Assembly: GCF_000315625.1 (NCBI RefSeq)
Contig: NW_005434557.1
Location: forward strand, 157,807 to 221,806
Direction: 5' to 3'
From: Guillardia theta CCMP2712
Taxonomy: Eukaryota; Protista; Cryptophyta
Length of the DNA: 64,000 bases
In this document: positions 34,465 through 47,372 of the stretch, one piece after another
Position numbering within the stretch: position 1 is the stretch's first letter
Layout of the letters: each line of letters begins with the position of its first letter
Notes under the pieces: generated by a model
Told to the model about the DNA's origin: nothing
Seen by the model: the letters and a program-made list of their open reading frames with translations, nothing else
Databases searched by the model: none
Program-made: the position numbers and the translations under genes

Positions 34465-36651
34465 TCACGATAGCCAACGAGACCGAGCGGGAGGAAACCT
34501 GAGCTGTCGGGGACCCTGCACCGAGAGAGCCGGCTCGCTTGCTCCCCGAGGCATCAGGAGGAGGTGCGAGGGCAGCATGTGCCTGCTTGCTCCTCTTGCT
34601 CCTCGGCTGCTGGTCGGAGGAAGCATCGTCTGCCCTTGTCCTCCTCCTCGAGCGCGTGAGGGGCCCGTCTTGATCCATGTCGGGCGCCTCCTCCTCCCCT
34701 TCGCTCCCCTTGCTCTCCTCGATGAACCTGCTCAAGCCCCCTCAGCGTGATGCATACAGGGCGGGGAGGAGCGGAGAAGGAGAAGGAGATGGTGGTGTGG
34801 AAGTTCTGGTGGTAGTGGTGAAAGAGGAGGAGCAGGAGCAGGAGCAGGAGGAGGAGGGGGAGTGGGAGGGGGAGGAGGGGGGAGGAGATTACGGACCGGC
34901 CCTGTGTGGAGGACCATCTCTTGCTGCTCTTCCTCTCGTTGGGCTTACGCAGGCTGGGAACGTGAGCTGACGAGTTTTCGCCCTCCTGCTGCGACGGTTT
35001 CGACCTGAGCAAACAATCAGAGCGGCAGGGGAACAGCAGGAGCGGGTGCTGGACCGTGTCGAGACTGAACGCTGCCTCGAAGAACGTTCTTGAGCAGGGG
35101 CAGAGGCAGGAGCAGGAGCAGGAGCAGGAGCAGCCTTGCTCTTAGTCTGGGCACTCCTGCTACTTCTTGCTGGCGTCTCCTCGCTGCCGCAGGCTCAGGA
35201 GGTTCTGCAGCTGGTTGAGAGAGCCTCACCTGCTCTTCGCGGCTGCTCTCGCCTTGCTCTCCTCCTTGCTCTCCTGCGCTGCCGAACTCCTCGCGCTCCT
35301 CCTCTGCTCCTGCGGCTTCGAGGAGACAGCAGGAGGTTGCCTGCATGCCGGTGAGGAGCAGTAGGAGGGGAGGGAGGAGGGGAGGGAGCAGGGAAGGGGA
35401 AACCTTGAGGACCGCAACCCTCTCGCCTCCTTGGTGACTTCTGCGTGCACGCTCAGCTCAGACGGTCTCCGTTGCCTCTCTCACCTTGACACTCCTCCTC
35501 CTCCTTCTTCCCCCTCTCGTTGCTCGCAGCTCCCGCGGCAGACGCGCTCCTCCTCTCGCTCCTCGACTTGGCCAGCTGCGAGGCTGGGGTGAGCCCTTCC
35601 TCTTCCGATGGGCGACATACCGGTTTCATAGCAAGCTTCTGGTCCTCAATCTTCTGTGCTGCTTCCTTTGCTTCCTCCTCCTCCTCCTCGTTCTCCTCTT
35701 CCTCCTCCTCCTCGTTCTCCTCCTCTTCCATCTCCCCTATTTCCTCTTCCATCTCTTCCTCCTCCTCCTCCTCGCCGTCCTCCTCCTCCTCCTCCTTGCC
35801 GTCATCCTGCTAACCAGTAATAAGGAAATTTTTACATGGCTGAGATCAAACTTCCACCACCTCGTCGTCGTCGTCGTCGTCGTTTGCTTGCTTGTGAAGC
35901 TCCGTCGCCCTCTGATACTTCCTCTCTACTATCCCCAGCAGCCTCTCCGCTTCCTCAGCTCTTTGTGTCTGTTTGTCGACCTGCTCATGGTTTAGGCAAG
36001 GAAGAAGAAATGAGCAGCAGAGGAGAAGGGCGAGAGAGGAAGGAGAGGGAGGAGGAGGAGAGGAGGAGGACAGGAGGAGGAGAGGAGGAGGAGGAGGAGG
36101 AGGAGGTGGTGGTGGTGGTGGTGGTGGTGGTGGTGGTGGACACCTCAACTCGGATGCTGTGGAGGAATTTCAGCTCGGTCTCGCGGAGGAAGTTGACTTC
36201 CTTGACCTAAAGGGGTGAATGAGCAGAGCGGAAAAGGGGAGGGGAGGGGATAGAGGTATGGAGGACGAAACGGCAGAGGCTGCCGGAATTAGAGGAATGA
36301 GAAGAAGAAACCTGTGACTGGAGCTTGGAGATCTGCTCAGTCAAAGTTTTCCTCTCCTCCTCCAGTTCCTCCTTGAGCTGCTTCAGCGATTCCATCCTCC
36401 CCTTTTGATGTCGTCAGGGCGGGAGGGAGGAGAGAGTAGAAAGGGGGCAGGGAGGAGAGAGTAGGGTGGTGGAGAAGAAGGAGGGAGGAGGGAGGGAAAG
36501 GAACCTGACTGTCCTCAAGCTGTGCTTGCCTGACAAAGCAAATCATCATCATCATCATCATCATTGCTCGACCTCTTCAAACAAGTTGAGACACTCACAA
36601 GCCTTCCGCCTTCTCCTTAAGAGCCACAAATTCTTCATCCTCACTGTCACT

Positions 36652-36701
<50 letters not shown>

Positions 36702-38750
36702 CTCCATGCTTTTGTTCGTCCTCCAGCTTCTTGTCCTCCTCCTCCTCCTCTCCCATGACGTCCGACGCCTCCTCCTCCTCAATCAATTCTTCCGTCTCGT
36801 TCCCATCCTCCTCGGCTTCCTGCTTCCTTCTGCTCTCCTCCTGCTCGCAGAGTCACGGGGTCAATCAACTCCCTTCCTCGCCACCTGCATGTCTAGCGCA
36901 AAAGAGTCGAGGTCCGTCATGAGGAACTTGATCAGCCTGATCATCCCCTCCAGGTCCCTGCGAGTAGATCAACCCTCCTCCTCGCTCGCGGGAATCGGCT
37001 GAGGAGTCTGTGCAAGACGAGGAGGGGAGAGGAGAAGAACAGCGCCGCAGGAGCGGTGGAGGAGACCAGACGACAGCAAGGAGGAGGTAGGATTATGTGA
37101 GTAGGACAGATGAAGGAGGAGCAAGGGAGGGGGGGAGGAGGAGATGAAGGGGCAGGAGCGGGGGAAGACAAGAGGAGTCTGTTGGACCTCTCAGCATTCT
37201 TCAGGGAGTCATGGGACTGATGGAGTTTGAGCTTCATGAGTTTCTCCTCCTCCCTCATCTTCTTCACATCGTCCTCCAGCTTCTGTCGCTCCGCCTTGGC
37301 CTGATCCATCTCATTGACATGCTGGTCCGTGAAGTGCTGACGACAATATCAGAAGCCCCCCCCCTCCTCCTCCTCCTCCTCCTCCTCCTCCTCCTCCTCC
37401 TCCTCCTCTCGCTCCTGCTCCTCGTCTCCTCCTCCTCCTCATCATCATCATCATCGCCATTGAGCGCAACCTGTCGCTTCTCTTTCTCTGCCTGAAGGTG
37501 CACTATCGCTCTCTCCAGACGATCCATCTCAGCAAGACGAGACTGCGCAGACGTCAGGAAGCAGCAGCAGAGGGCGGGCAGGAGGGGTGAAAGGTGTAGG
37601 AAGAGGAGCAGAAGGATGACAAGAGTAGTAAGAGCACGAACAGGAGTAGGATTAGCAGAGAGTGTTTTAGCACTAGGGGTAGCAGTTGCAGTGGGAGGAG
37701 GGTTGAGGAGGAGGGGAAGGAGGAGAAAGAGGAGGAATTGGAGGACGAAGCGTCAGCGACGGTGTAGAAGCAAGAGGACAGGAGAAGTAGGAGGAGCGCA
37801 GCTGGTCATCTAGCTGCAGGAGGAGGCTGCACCTCATACTCGCTCATCTTCTCCTCCAGCCTCGTTCGTCTCTCTCGCTCCACTTCAACTTCCGCCAGGC
37901 TCCTGACCAACCCGTCAGCCCCTCCTCCTCTCCTGCTCCCTTAACACACTGCCCCTCCGTCCCCCTCTCCTCTCTCCTCTCCCGCTTCCTTCACATCAGT
38001 CGACTCACCGCTTCTTGTCGTCCTCGGCGCTCCGGATCCGAAGCCGCAGGCGCGAATTCTCTGCCTTGAGCTGCGGGAAATTCATCACTAGACATGCGGC
38101 ATACTGCCTCCTCCTCCTATTCATCATTCTCCTCCTCCTTCTCGTCCTCATCCTCGTGCTCGTGCTCCTCCAACCTGGGCGATGATGTCCTCTTGGGTCA
38201 GAGGTCTAGCATCCTGCTGAATGTTCGCCTGCTCGGGGGGAGTTCGTCAGAATGAGCAGATGGAGGACGAGAAGGGAAGAGATCAAAAGAAATAGGACGG
38301 GTGGAAGAGAGGAGAGGAGAGGAGAGGAGAGGAGAGGAGAGGAGAGGAGAGGAGCAGGGAGGGAGGATGAGGATATTGAGTCAAGTGATCGCACCTGATT
38401 CTCTTGGGCATGCATGGAAGGGGAGGGTGACCGCCCGGCCTTTGCCTGCCGCTCCCCGTCACCCGTGAGATTGTCACAGAGGAAGAAGTCAAACCTGCAT
38501 GGCAAGCGAGGAGAGCGTGAAGAGTCTTGATGCCGCCATCGCTTCGCTCGGAACGATCCTGCCATGTTTGTCATCACCTCGCTACGTACTACTACGTCAG
38601 ATGTGCATTCTTCTCCCTGCCCCTCCCCTTCCTCCCTAGGATGCTCTTTTCAAGTTTGGCGGTCTACACTGCTGACAAGCCAGCTTCTTCCTCTCTTGAC
38701 GTCTCCATCATGAGCACTTCAGCTCAGTCTATCTTCATGGCCACTCGTCG
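34465..38750 (-). CDS. Long acidic coiled-coil protein; multi-exon
   Basis: Heptad-rich exons (LTQEDIIAQ|LKAENSRLRLRI; MDRLERAIVHLQAEKEK; MESLKQLKEELEEERKTLTEQISKLQSQ) and poly-E/D tracts. Ends approximate. Confidence 0.55.
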
Positions 38751-38941
38751 CCTGTCGCTCGCTCCCTTCCAGCGCCGCGTTCCATTGCCCCATCGTGTAC
38801 GTCTCCTCTCCATCACAGACTCTTGAAACTCCATGACCCAGCCTCCTCCCACCCTCCTCTCTCTCCCCTCATCCTCTCCCCTCCTCTCTCTCCCCTCATC
38901 CTCTCCCCTCCTCTCTCTCACCTCATCCTCTCACCTACTCT

Positions 38942-38973
<32 letters not shown>

Positions 38974-39299
38974 CTCCTCCTCTTCTCCTCCCACGCTCCT
39001 CTTCCCCTCCTCCCGCCCCCATCCGCCTCCACAGTAACTCAGTACCCCCCCACACCCACGTGTTGCCAGCTCTGGGATTCATGACCGGTACCTTTTCGAC
39101 AATATTCTTTGAAAAGGGTGGGTGGTCTTGAACCCCCTAGGATCCGACCGGTGGATGGTGTGGGACGAGGGGGAAGAGAAGTAGGCGAAGCCAGTTACCC
39201 GCTCCTTTCCTGCCGCTCCGCTCCGCTCCCCGCTCCTCTCCTCCTCTCCTCCTCTCCCCGCTCCTCTCCTCCTCTCCCCGCTCCTCTCCTCCTCTCCCC

Positions 39300-39590
39300 G
39301 CTCCTCTCCTCCTTCACTCCTCTCCTCCTTCACTCTTCTCCTTCACTCCTCTCCTCCTTCACTCCTCTCCTCCTTCACTACTCTCCTCCTTCACTACTCT
39401 CCTCCTTCACTGCTCTCCTCCTTCACTCCTCCTCTCCTTCACTGCTCTCCTCCTTCACTCCTCTCCTCCTTCACTACTCTCCTCCTTCACTACTCTCCTC
39501 CTTCACTACTCTCCTCCTTCACTACTCTCCTCCTTCACTGCTCTCCTCCTTCACTGCTCTCCTCCTTCACTGCTCTCCTCCTTCACTCCT
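39300..39590. repeat. Degenerate CTCTCCTCCTTCACT-type minisatellite
   Basis: Repeating ~15-17-nt pyrimidine unit, followed by (CCTGT)n. Confidence 0.9.
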
Positions 39591-39828
39591 GTCCTGTCCT
39601 GTCCTGTCCTGTCCTGTCCTGTCCTGTCCTGTCCTGTCCTTAACCCACATCACTCCCTTCACTTCGCCTCCCCTACTCTTTTTTCTCTGTCTCTGTCTCT
39701 GTCTCTGTCCCTGTCTCTCTCGCCTCAAGGTGTTGTACGTCAATAAAACGCGCGAAGAAAGAGAGCACAAAGCGCATCTTGTCGCTACGGCAGCAGAGGA
39801 AGCCAACGAAAGGTCTCCATGGAACGAT

Positions 39829-39926
39829 GAAAGGATACAGCATGCGTAGAGGAGAGGCTCAGAAAGGGTACAAAATGCGTAGAGGAGAGGCTCAGAAAGG
39901 GTACAAAATGTGTAGAGGAGAGGCTC
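39829..39926. repeat. 33-bp tandem repeat x3
   Basis: gaaagggtacaaaatgcgtagaggagaggctca and variants. Confidence 0.85.
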
Positions 39927-40758
39927 ATCGAGTAGCAACGAAGAGGTAGCAGGAGCAACAGAGCACGCCGAGTGAAGAATCAAGTCATGGAACATTCATT
40001 CACGCCCTTGCTTCTTCACCACTAGCGCCGCAGTTAAAAATCTGGGAATTCCATGTTCGCCGCCTGAAGGTGTTTCTCTCCACCGACCATCCCGTTTGAA
40101 GGAGACGAAGGCAACTGATGCAGCAGCAAACACGTCCCTAGTCGAACGTTCTATCCCTTCCATCATTGCGATTCTCCACCTCCGATGTTGTTCAACTACA
40201 AGTTGAGGGTCAGCCACACAGAAGGTGCTGATGAGTGAGGAAGAGGAGGAGTACGAGGATGAAGAGGAGAAGGACGAGGAGGAAGAGGAGAAGGAAGAGG
40301 AAGAGGAAGAGGAGGTGGTAGTGGTGGTGAACTAGGAAGAGGAAAAGGAAGCGGCGAGAGGAGGATGGAGTTTGGTGTAGAAACAGTATCATAGCATTGC
40401 AGGAGCAGGGAGGGATGACGTGGGCGAGGAGGTGAGGTCACGGGAGACTTGCCTGGCAGGAGGGCAGCTGAATCCCTTCGTTCCCTGTGGCCCCCCAGGC
40501 AACCCCACCATCATCATCTCCAGACGATGGGATCTCGGGACAACTTCGGTGATTCAGTCAGTCGCAGGAAAGGAAATGAATGGAGCAAGTGGAGGAAGGG
40601 AAAGGAGGGGAGCAACTGGTTTACCTGACAGAGTTTTCCTGCCTTGATGAGTCTTCTCGCTCCCTCCTCTCGCGCTCCCTGCCCTCCCCTTACAAAAAAC
40701 AAGGTTCAGAAAGCTTTAAGGTGTAAGGTAGGAAGAGAGGAGGAGGATTGTAACACCA

Positions 40759-42210
40759 TCAGAAAACAGATGCTCTGTGCAAAGGAGGAGCAAGGCGAAT
40801 CAAAGAAATGGAAAACGCATCTAAACCATCAACAAGAAAAGCGAGAGGAGATAGGATGCGATGCGATGAGGTGAGATGAATCTTCATGCTCCCACCTTCA
40901 ATTGCTCGTTCACCACTGTCAGCAGTCAGGCTTGTCGTCCCTTCTCGCATAGCCCTGTTCGCCCTCTTTTCCGCCTGTACATGTTTCCTACACTTGGCGG
41001 CGATCAGACTCGCCTCCCTCTTCTGACGGAGCGTTGGGTTGCATTCTAAGCACATGTTTGCGAGGATCGACAAGCTGCTCGCCGTGCGGCCCACATGAAA
41101 GCATTTCTCCCCCGTTGCGCTGACGTTGCTGCTTTGGAACCCCTTCCCCCGGTTCGACGCAGCCATTCGATTACCCATGAGGCCTCTGATGGAGGTGGCG
41201 TTGTGGAAGATCAGTGCTTCTGCGGGATGCTCCTCGTCCCCTGGCCTCAGTATGCAGCGGAAAAACTCCAGCGCACTGCTGAGAAAAAAATCTGAGCGAG
41301 GGGAGTTGTGATTGCCAGGGAAGCGAATGAGGGTGCTGTTCCCGCCGTAGGACTCATGGAGGCGGGTCGAGTGCACCGGGGAGACCATCTCGTCGTCGTC
41401 AGCATGTCCGAAGAGCGCAGGGAGGAGCAAGTTCTCGCACTTGCCCAGAGGGTTCACCTCCCTGATGTCGAACGCCGCCTGGGACAGAATGCTCCTCCTC
41501 ATCACTGCCACCGCCATCGGGATGAACATGTCCGGCATGAAGGTGATGGCCGGCGCGATGCTCTCCCCCAGCTTCTGCTTCGCCGAAGCTGCCGTCTCCG
41601 AGATGACAGCGTCCAAGGAGGAGAAGGAGCTGTCCAGCACCATCGCAGACACCACCTGGTCTCCCCCGTTGGCTGCGTACAGCAGGCAGGTGCATGCCCC
41701 CATGGAGTGACCCCACAGGCCGATCCGGTTCACGCGCTCCACCCCCTTGAGGTACTCCACCACCGTCGCCAAGTCATCCTTCTCGAAGTAGCCGAGTGAG
41801 AGATACGCTCCCTCTGACTGCCCTGCTCCTGCAAAGTCGAACGCAAACACGCTGATCCCCTGCGGAAGGAGGACCGGCAGCACCGCCATGGCGTCCACGC
41901 GCGACCCAGCGTTACCATGGCAGTAGACCACACAGGGGAACGGCTTCTTCTGAGGCCTCATCCTACTCTTCATGTCCTGATCGCTCGAGTTCTCGACGTC
42001 GATCAGCTCCGCCGGCTGGAAGTGACTGCACTTTAGCATGTACCCGCGGGCGTTCATCAGCTCGATGTCATCCCTGATGACGAACTTTCCTTGCACCACC
42101 AGGTGTCTTGGACCCAGGTCTCTGTTGACTCTATACTCATGTCTTGGAGGCCGGATGATGAGGTCGATCAGAGCCTGCCACGTCTCCGCTATCTGGCCAA
42201 AGAAGCTCAT
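40759..42210 (-). CDS. Alpha/beta hydrolase (YqkD-like); may continue in further exons toward ~40000
   Basis: IIRPPR, CVVYCHGNAGSR, FDFAGAGQSEG, nucleophile GHSMG, HADDDEMV, GNHNSPR. Confidence 0.88.
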   Translation of the reverse strand: MSFFGQIAETWQALIDLIIRPPRHEYRVNRDLGPRHLVVQGKFVIRDDIELMNARGYMLKCSHFQPAELIDVENSSDQDMKSRMRPQKKPFPCVVYCHGNAGSRVDAMAVLPVLLPQGISVFAFDFAGAGQSEGAYLSLGYFEKDDLATVVEYLKGVERVNRIGLWGHSMGACTCLLYAANGGDQVVSAMVLDSSFSSLDAVISETAASAKQKLGESIAPAITFMPDMFIPMAVAVMRRSILSQAAFDIREVNPLGKCENLLLPALFGHADDDEMVSPVHSTRLHESYGGNSTLIRFPGNHNSPRSDFFLSSALEFFRCILRPGDEEHPAEALIFHNATSIRGLMGNRMAASNRGKGFQSSNVSATGEKCFHVGRTASSLSILANMCLECNPTLRQKREASLIAAKCRKHVQAEKRANRAMREGTTSLTADSGERAIEGGSMKIHLTSSHRILSPLAFLVDGLDAFSISLIRLAPPLHRASVF

Positions 42211-43399
42211 CCTGACCTGGCTGCTCCTGTCCGCTCAGTTGAGGGGGATGCTTCGGTAAGGGCCGAGTGAATGCAAGATCTTGGGATGATACCGGCTCTC
42301 TATGCTCCTGCCAATGGCATTCGATGACGCGCTTCCTCCCTCAACAGCCTCCTCACTCTGCCCTGCTAGAACCAAAGGGCATCGTCCCGACGAGAAACCC
42401 CTCTAGCTACCGCACGGAAGACATCAGCCACCATGTCACCTCGGGTTCAGCATGCGCACTGGCAGCAGTGACGACCGGGCTGCCTCTGCCTTCTCCTCGC
42501 CTCCTAGCTCCTCCCTCCCCTTCCCTCCTCCCTCCTCCCGCATCCCTGCATGCCTCCTGCAACCTCCACCACATCACAGTGCCCCCTCATCCCCTCCTGT
42601 ACCCTTTTGCGTCCGGACTCCCCGGAGCAATCTGATCTGCGCCGGAGCAATGACCGTACTGTGACGGTCACCCGACTGCTGGGAGCACTGCGGCACTGAC
42701 CGCCGGGGTCCGCCGGGACCGTCGGCCCGGCCCGGCCCTCCCGGTCCTCCGGGAGCCTTAGCCTGTAGTAAGACGGTCCTGGACTCCGGGAGTCCGACTG
42801 AGTCGCCCGGCATCATCATCGGACACCGTCCGGCGCGGCTGAGCCTACTAGTTGGGCCGCTTCCGCCCCCCACTGAGCGTTCCGAACTGGGGGCGGCAAG
42901 TTCAACGCGGCCGCGGGCCGGCGTCCACTGCATAGAACGCCGATCCGAAGTAACACTGTGACTTCCGAGTTTGATAGTTCTTTACTCAAACCTAGTACTT
43001 TACTCAAAGTTAAGTTAAACCTAGTATTGTCTTCCCATATTTTACTCAACTGAAGTTAAGTTAAAAATCATACGTGACTGCCTCGGAGCGGCCCCGGAGT
43101 CGAAGGGTGCTAGTGGCCGTGACCTTGGACCAGTTACCCTTTATAACTGACTCGATCCTCTCCCCTCCCGTAGCAGAGACGGCAGAGAACCTCGTCGCAC
43201 ATCCAGAAAGAGCTCTGAGGTCAACACTCCCGCTCCCCTCTTGTCCTGACAAGGAGCCAATCCCGTCTGCTCCTCCGTTGCTCCTCCTCCTTCGCCTCTG
43301 CCTCCGCCTCCTTCGTCACCTTGACCTCCGTCTTCCCCTTCGGCAGAGTTCGCGTGTCCTACCGTCAGCACAGTCAGTATCGGCAGACGTCAAGAAAGG

Positions 43400-44428
43400 A
43401 TGCTGGGGCTAAACACAAAGGTCTTGGCTCTGTGCTCGAGCCTCCTGATCATCAATGTTGCACTCGCTCAAGTATGTTCCGAGGAGGACAACCTCCCTCT
43501 ACAGAGGCTTCGCCTCGGCCTTGAATGGTTCGTCAACCCGGACCACCTTCCTCTCATCGTCGCACAGCGACATGGCATCTTCAGAGCCTTCGGCCTGGAC
43601 GTCGAGCTGGTGGAGCCTGCCGATCACTGGGAGGCTGAGGAGGAGATACTCGCAGGAAGGCTGGACGTGGCGGTCACCGAGCCTCTGCACCTGGCGCAGG
43701 ATGCGGCCAAGGACAAACCCGTGCTCGGGTTCTCAAGGTTCCTGCATACCGACGGCGGAGTGCTCTACGATGCTGCCAACGGGAGCATCAAACGGCCTGC
43801 GGACATGTGTGGCAAGACTATCTCGTACCCGGGCTCCCCGGGGCCCGGAGGGCCAGCCATTGTCAACACAATGGTGAGGGCGGACGGGAAGGCAGACTGC
43901 GACCTGAGCTCGTATGGAAGGTACAACGGCGGGTTCTATCACACGGATGCCCTCCTGTCTGGCAAGGCCGACGTAGCAACGCTGGTGTTCTGGAACTTTG
44001 AGATCCCCGAGGCGAAAGCCAAGGGCATGAAGGAGGCGTCCTTCTTCTCCCTCAAGGAATGGGGCGTCCCGGACTTCTGCCAGCTAGTCCTCATGACGAC
44101 GCCGAAACGCTTCGAGGAGATGAAGCCTGTCCTGCGGAGACTTGTGCTGGCAATGAGGCGCGCGACGGGGCTGATCCACCAACAACCGGATCTTGCTCGG
44201 CAGTATTACCATCTTCACGTTGACAGCGGCAAGGCAGACGCTACTCAGCAAACAATCACCGAGGCGACATTCAATGCTACACTCCCTGCCTTTCCCAACG
44301 ACAACAGCATGGCGACTGATTACTATGAACGCCTAATGCATTGGTTGATTGAGACGCAACAGGTTGATGCTGAAGCTGGATCGCAAGTGCCCGTCAGCAA
44401 GTACTGGACCAATGAAGTTTCATGGTAG
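43400..44428 (+). CDS. Intronless NMT1/THI5-like (ThiY-type) substrate-binding protein with signal peptide
   Basis: 342-aa ORF: N-terminal hydrophobic signal, LRLGLEWFVNPDHLPLIVA..GIF...GLDVELVEP, DALLSGKADVA, WNFE, WGVPDF.QLVL. Confidence 0.82.
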   Translation: MLGLNTKVLALCSSLLIINVALAQVCSEEDNLPLQRLRLGLEWFVNPDHLPLIVAQRHGIFRAFGLDVELVEPADHWEAEEEILAGRLDVAVTEPLHLAQDAAKDKPVLGFSRFLHTDGGVLYDAANGSIKRPADMCGKTISYPGSPGPGGPAIVNTMVRADGKADCDLSSYGRYNGGFYHTDALLSGKADVATLVFWNFEIPEAKAKGMKEASFFSLKEWGVPDFCQLVLMTTPKRFEEMKPVLRRLVLAMRRATGLIHQQPDLARQYYHLHVDSGKADATQQTITEATFNATLPAFPNDNSMATDYYERLMHWLIETQQVDAEAGSQVPVSKYWTNEVSW

Positions 44429-45705
44429 TGGTTGCGATGTTCGTGACGCGAATGATGTCTCAAGAGCAATGGTACAAGGCCACATCCTACAGGGTTGCCT
44501 ATTATGAGTTGTAAGTTGTACCCGGTAGTACCGTAGTACGTTCGCCGCCGCGAATCATGAATAAAGCGATCGGACCGATCAGGCGGATGCAGAACCCGCC
44601 GGGCCGCCGGGTCTTACAGTCCGGCGCGGCTTCCGAGTGTCCCGGCGACTTTCCATCCGAGCCGGGCCACCACACGGGCGGGCCGGGCCGAGTCGGAGTC
44701 ACCGGCGGTGACCGCCCGGGATGCGGCTGCCGCCCCCCGCCGGGCCGGCCACCCCCGGTGACCGTCACACTGCCAGAGTTACTAAGTTAGCCTTCGAGTG
44801 CCGCGCGGGTTGAAACCGTTGAACGGTCCACCGATCGGACCGTATCAAGTGACTCCGACTCAAACTGGGCCAAGTTACGGTTTGCTAGTACTACGTGACT
44901 CTACTGAAATCTTTTTACTGCCAAAGTTCAATTAAGTTCAAAATCCGTACGAGAATACAGTACGGTAGAAAATCACTAACGGCCCGCGCGCCCGGCCGGC
45001 TGGTACTACAGTAGTTTGTTGCCAGAGTCTTGTATGCTACTGCGAGTTCCGACTCCCGAAACCATGCAAGTTGTACTGAAAACATAAGTCATCTGTAATG
45101 AAGTACAACCTCTGTTGGGATTCTTAGTACCACGTTGGCAGCAGTAGTGTACCGTACTACGGTACTACTGCAGTACGGTACTAATCTTAAAATGATAACT
45201 AATCATTGAATAGTATAACTCAATTGCTGAGTTTGTGCTGACCATATTGCTTCCAGCCGCATCCTGACTACCCTACCCTTCGTATGGATCTTCAGTAAAT
45301 GGAGGGGTAGGGGTAGTTTCCCCCCCCCCCTGTGTATACTTGACCAGCCCCTGACACTTTCTACCACCGCCACCAACTCCTCCTGCTCCTCCTCCCGCTC
45401 CTCCTGCTCCTCCTGCTCCTCCTGCTCGAGTCCTCCTCCTGCTCGAGTCCTCCTCATCCGTGACCACATTCATCACTGCTCCCTCGTCCATTGCACATCC
45501 CCCACCTTTCCTCCACCTTGCAACCTCCCGCGCTTCTTGACGTTGTTCTACCTGCGCACAACTCACCAGACTGCAGCGAATCAACAGACTGTAGATCGTT
45601 CACCATAGTGACAGCAGCTCATCTGATAGCTCAAGGACAAGTCCACACGCACGCTTTGAATCCTTCTGCGAACAAATATTCCTTCCGTTAAGCGTCGTGT
45701 CAACC

Positions 45706-47132
45706 ATGGGAGCTTCTACGAGTCACCACACTGTGAAAGAGCTCGATCACGAGAAGCGGCAAGTGCCGTATCTCGAAGGAAAAGATGACTACATCAAGAG
45801 CAGGTTGAGCTCAACACGTTTTGATATGTTTGTCATGCATTCCCGTTCACTGATCTCATTGCGTTATCAGCGACAACTTGTGGATTTACACGAAGTCCTG
45901 GATGCCGCAGGGCAAACCGAAGGCGAACATCTTCATTCTCCACGGTGCGATTGCCATGGACTTTGTCGCTGAGTCTGAGCGCTGAGTGTGCGCAGGATTC
46001 GCCGAGTACAGCGAAAAGTATGAGCCTGTGGCGAGGGTTCTCAACGGCGAGGGGTATGCTGTCTTCTGTCACGACCATCAAGGGTTCGGAAGGAGCGGTG
46101 GGAGCAGAGAGCTGGTAGAGCCTGCAGGCTGACTTGCTGCCCTTGCAGAGGGAGACAGAGCCTATGTCGAGAACTTCGCGGACTACGTCGAAGAGTTCTT
46201 CGCCTTCCACGCCGTGGTCATGGACAAGCACCCTGAGTGAGCCTCGTCGCTGCTCGAGCTCGGAAGAGTTGACGCCGCGTCACTGGCAGGCTGGCATCTT
46301 TGCCCACCATCATCTGGGGTCACTCCATGGGAGGGCTCATCGCCTTCTACACCGTCCTGGTCCGCGATCAAGAGGGGGAGAGGAGGCGTCTTGTTACCCT
46401 TTGGTGTTGCAGAAAGCGCAGAAGGACAACGTGAAGATCAGTGGCGTCATCCTCACCTGCCCCTCCTTCAAGCCCGAGCCCAAGACGACCAGACCCATCA
46501 ACATCTTCCTCCTATCCATCCTCAGGTCTGCACAGCTCGCATGACTCAGTAGCCTCTCATGCTGCACCCCAGGCCAATCGTGCCCAAGTTCGCGGTCCCA
46601 TGGGAGAAGGGCCCTCTCTCCCGTCACCCTCTCACCCACGACACCAAGATACAGCAAGAGTTCGAGGCAGACCCGATCTGCTACCATGGGTATGCATGTG
46701 CGCTCGGGGCAGGGCGACGAGGCCTGACGGGTTTATGGCAGGGGCCTGAGGATCCGATGGGGGAGCGAGATGTTCCACAAGATCCAGCAGATGGACAAGA
46801 GGATCGATGAATTCGTTCACCCCTTCCTCCTCTTTCATGGCACCGGTCTGCGCGTTCCCCCTCCCGACGTCCTTCCTTGCTAACGAGCCCTGAGGGCAGA
46901 GGACAAGATCGCCGACATCGAGGGCAGCAGGTCCTTCTACCAGCGGAGCCGGGCCGAGGACAAGACCTACAAGGAGATCGAGGGCGCATACCATGAGGTG
47001 AGGACTTTCGTCTCCTTCCCTCCTGCTGAGCTGAGAAACGGTCGGTCGCAGCTCCACAACGAGCTCCCCCCTATGAAGGACGTCTTCCTCAAGGAGATGA
47101 AGGACTGGCTGAGGAGGCAAACCTCTGCCTGA
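45706..47132 (+). CDS. Monoacylglycerol lipase / lysophospholipase (Hydrolase_4); multi-exon
   Basis: MGASTS (myristoylation-type start), IFILHG|FAEYSEKY, DHQGFGRS|EG, ILGHSMGGLIA, LLFHG..DKI, YHE|LHNE; stop TGA 47130-47132. Confidence 0.9.
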
Positions 47133-47372
47133 CCTCGTCTATACCCGCGCTGCTGCCCTGTGCATTGTGGGAGACGACGCGCTCGGCGATCCTGACACCC
47201 CGCAGCCCACAGGGAGCAGGGGACGACCATGTACATTCTTGTTTGCCGTTTGCGAGAGGCTCCCAGCCCCAACGCTGGGCAGGGGCAGGGGAAGGGGCAA
47301 CTGCCCCAGGGCCTTTTAACATGGAGGACAGGGGAGGATCGTTCCTCCTGGTCCCCATGAGTACGCATTCCT

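Noticed and set aside
43400-44428. THI5 HMP-P synthase assignment or bacterial contamination
   Set aside because: THI5 catalytic Lys and Cys motifs are missing. The gene is contiguous with host-style sequence and has no operon neighbours.
43080-44560. TPP riboswitch near the ThiY-like gene
   Set aside because: No GCTGAGA...CCTGA...TAATGC-type core found by eye on either flank. An Rfam scan would settle it.
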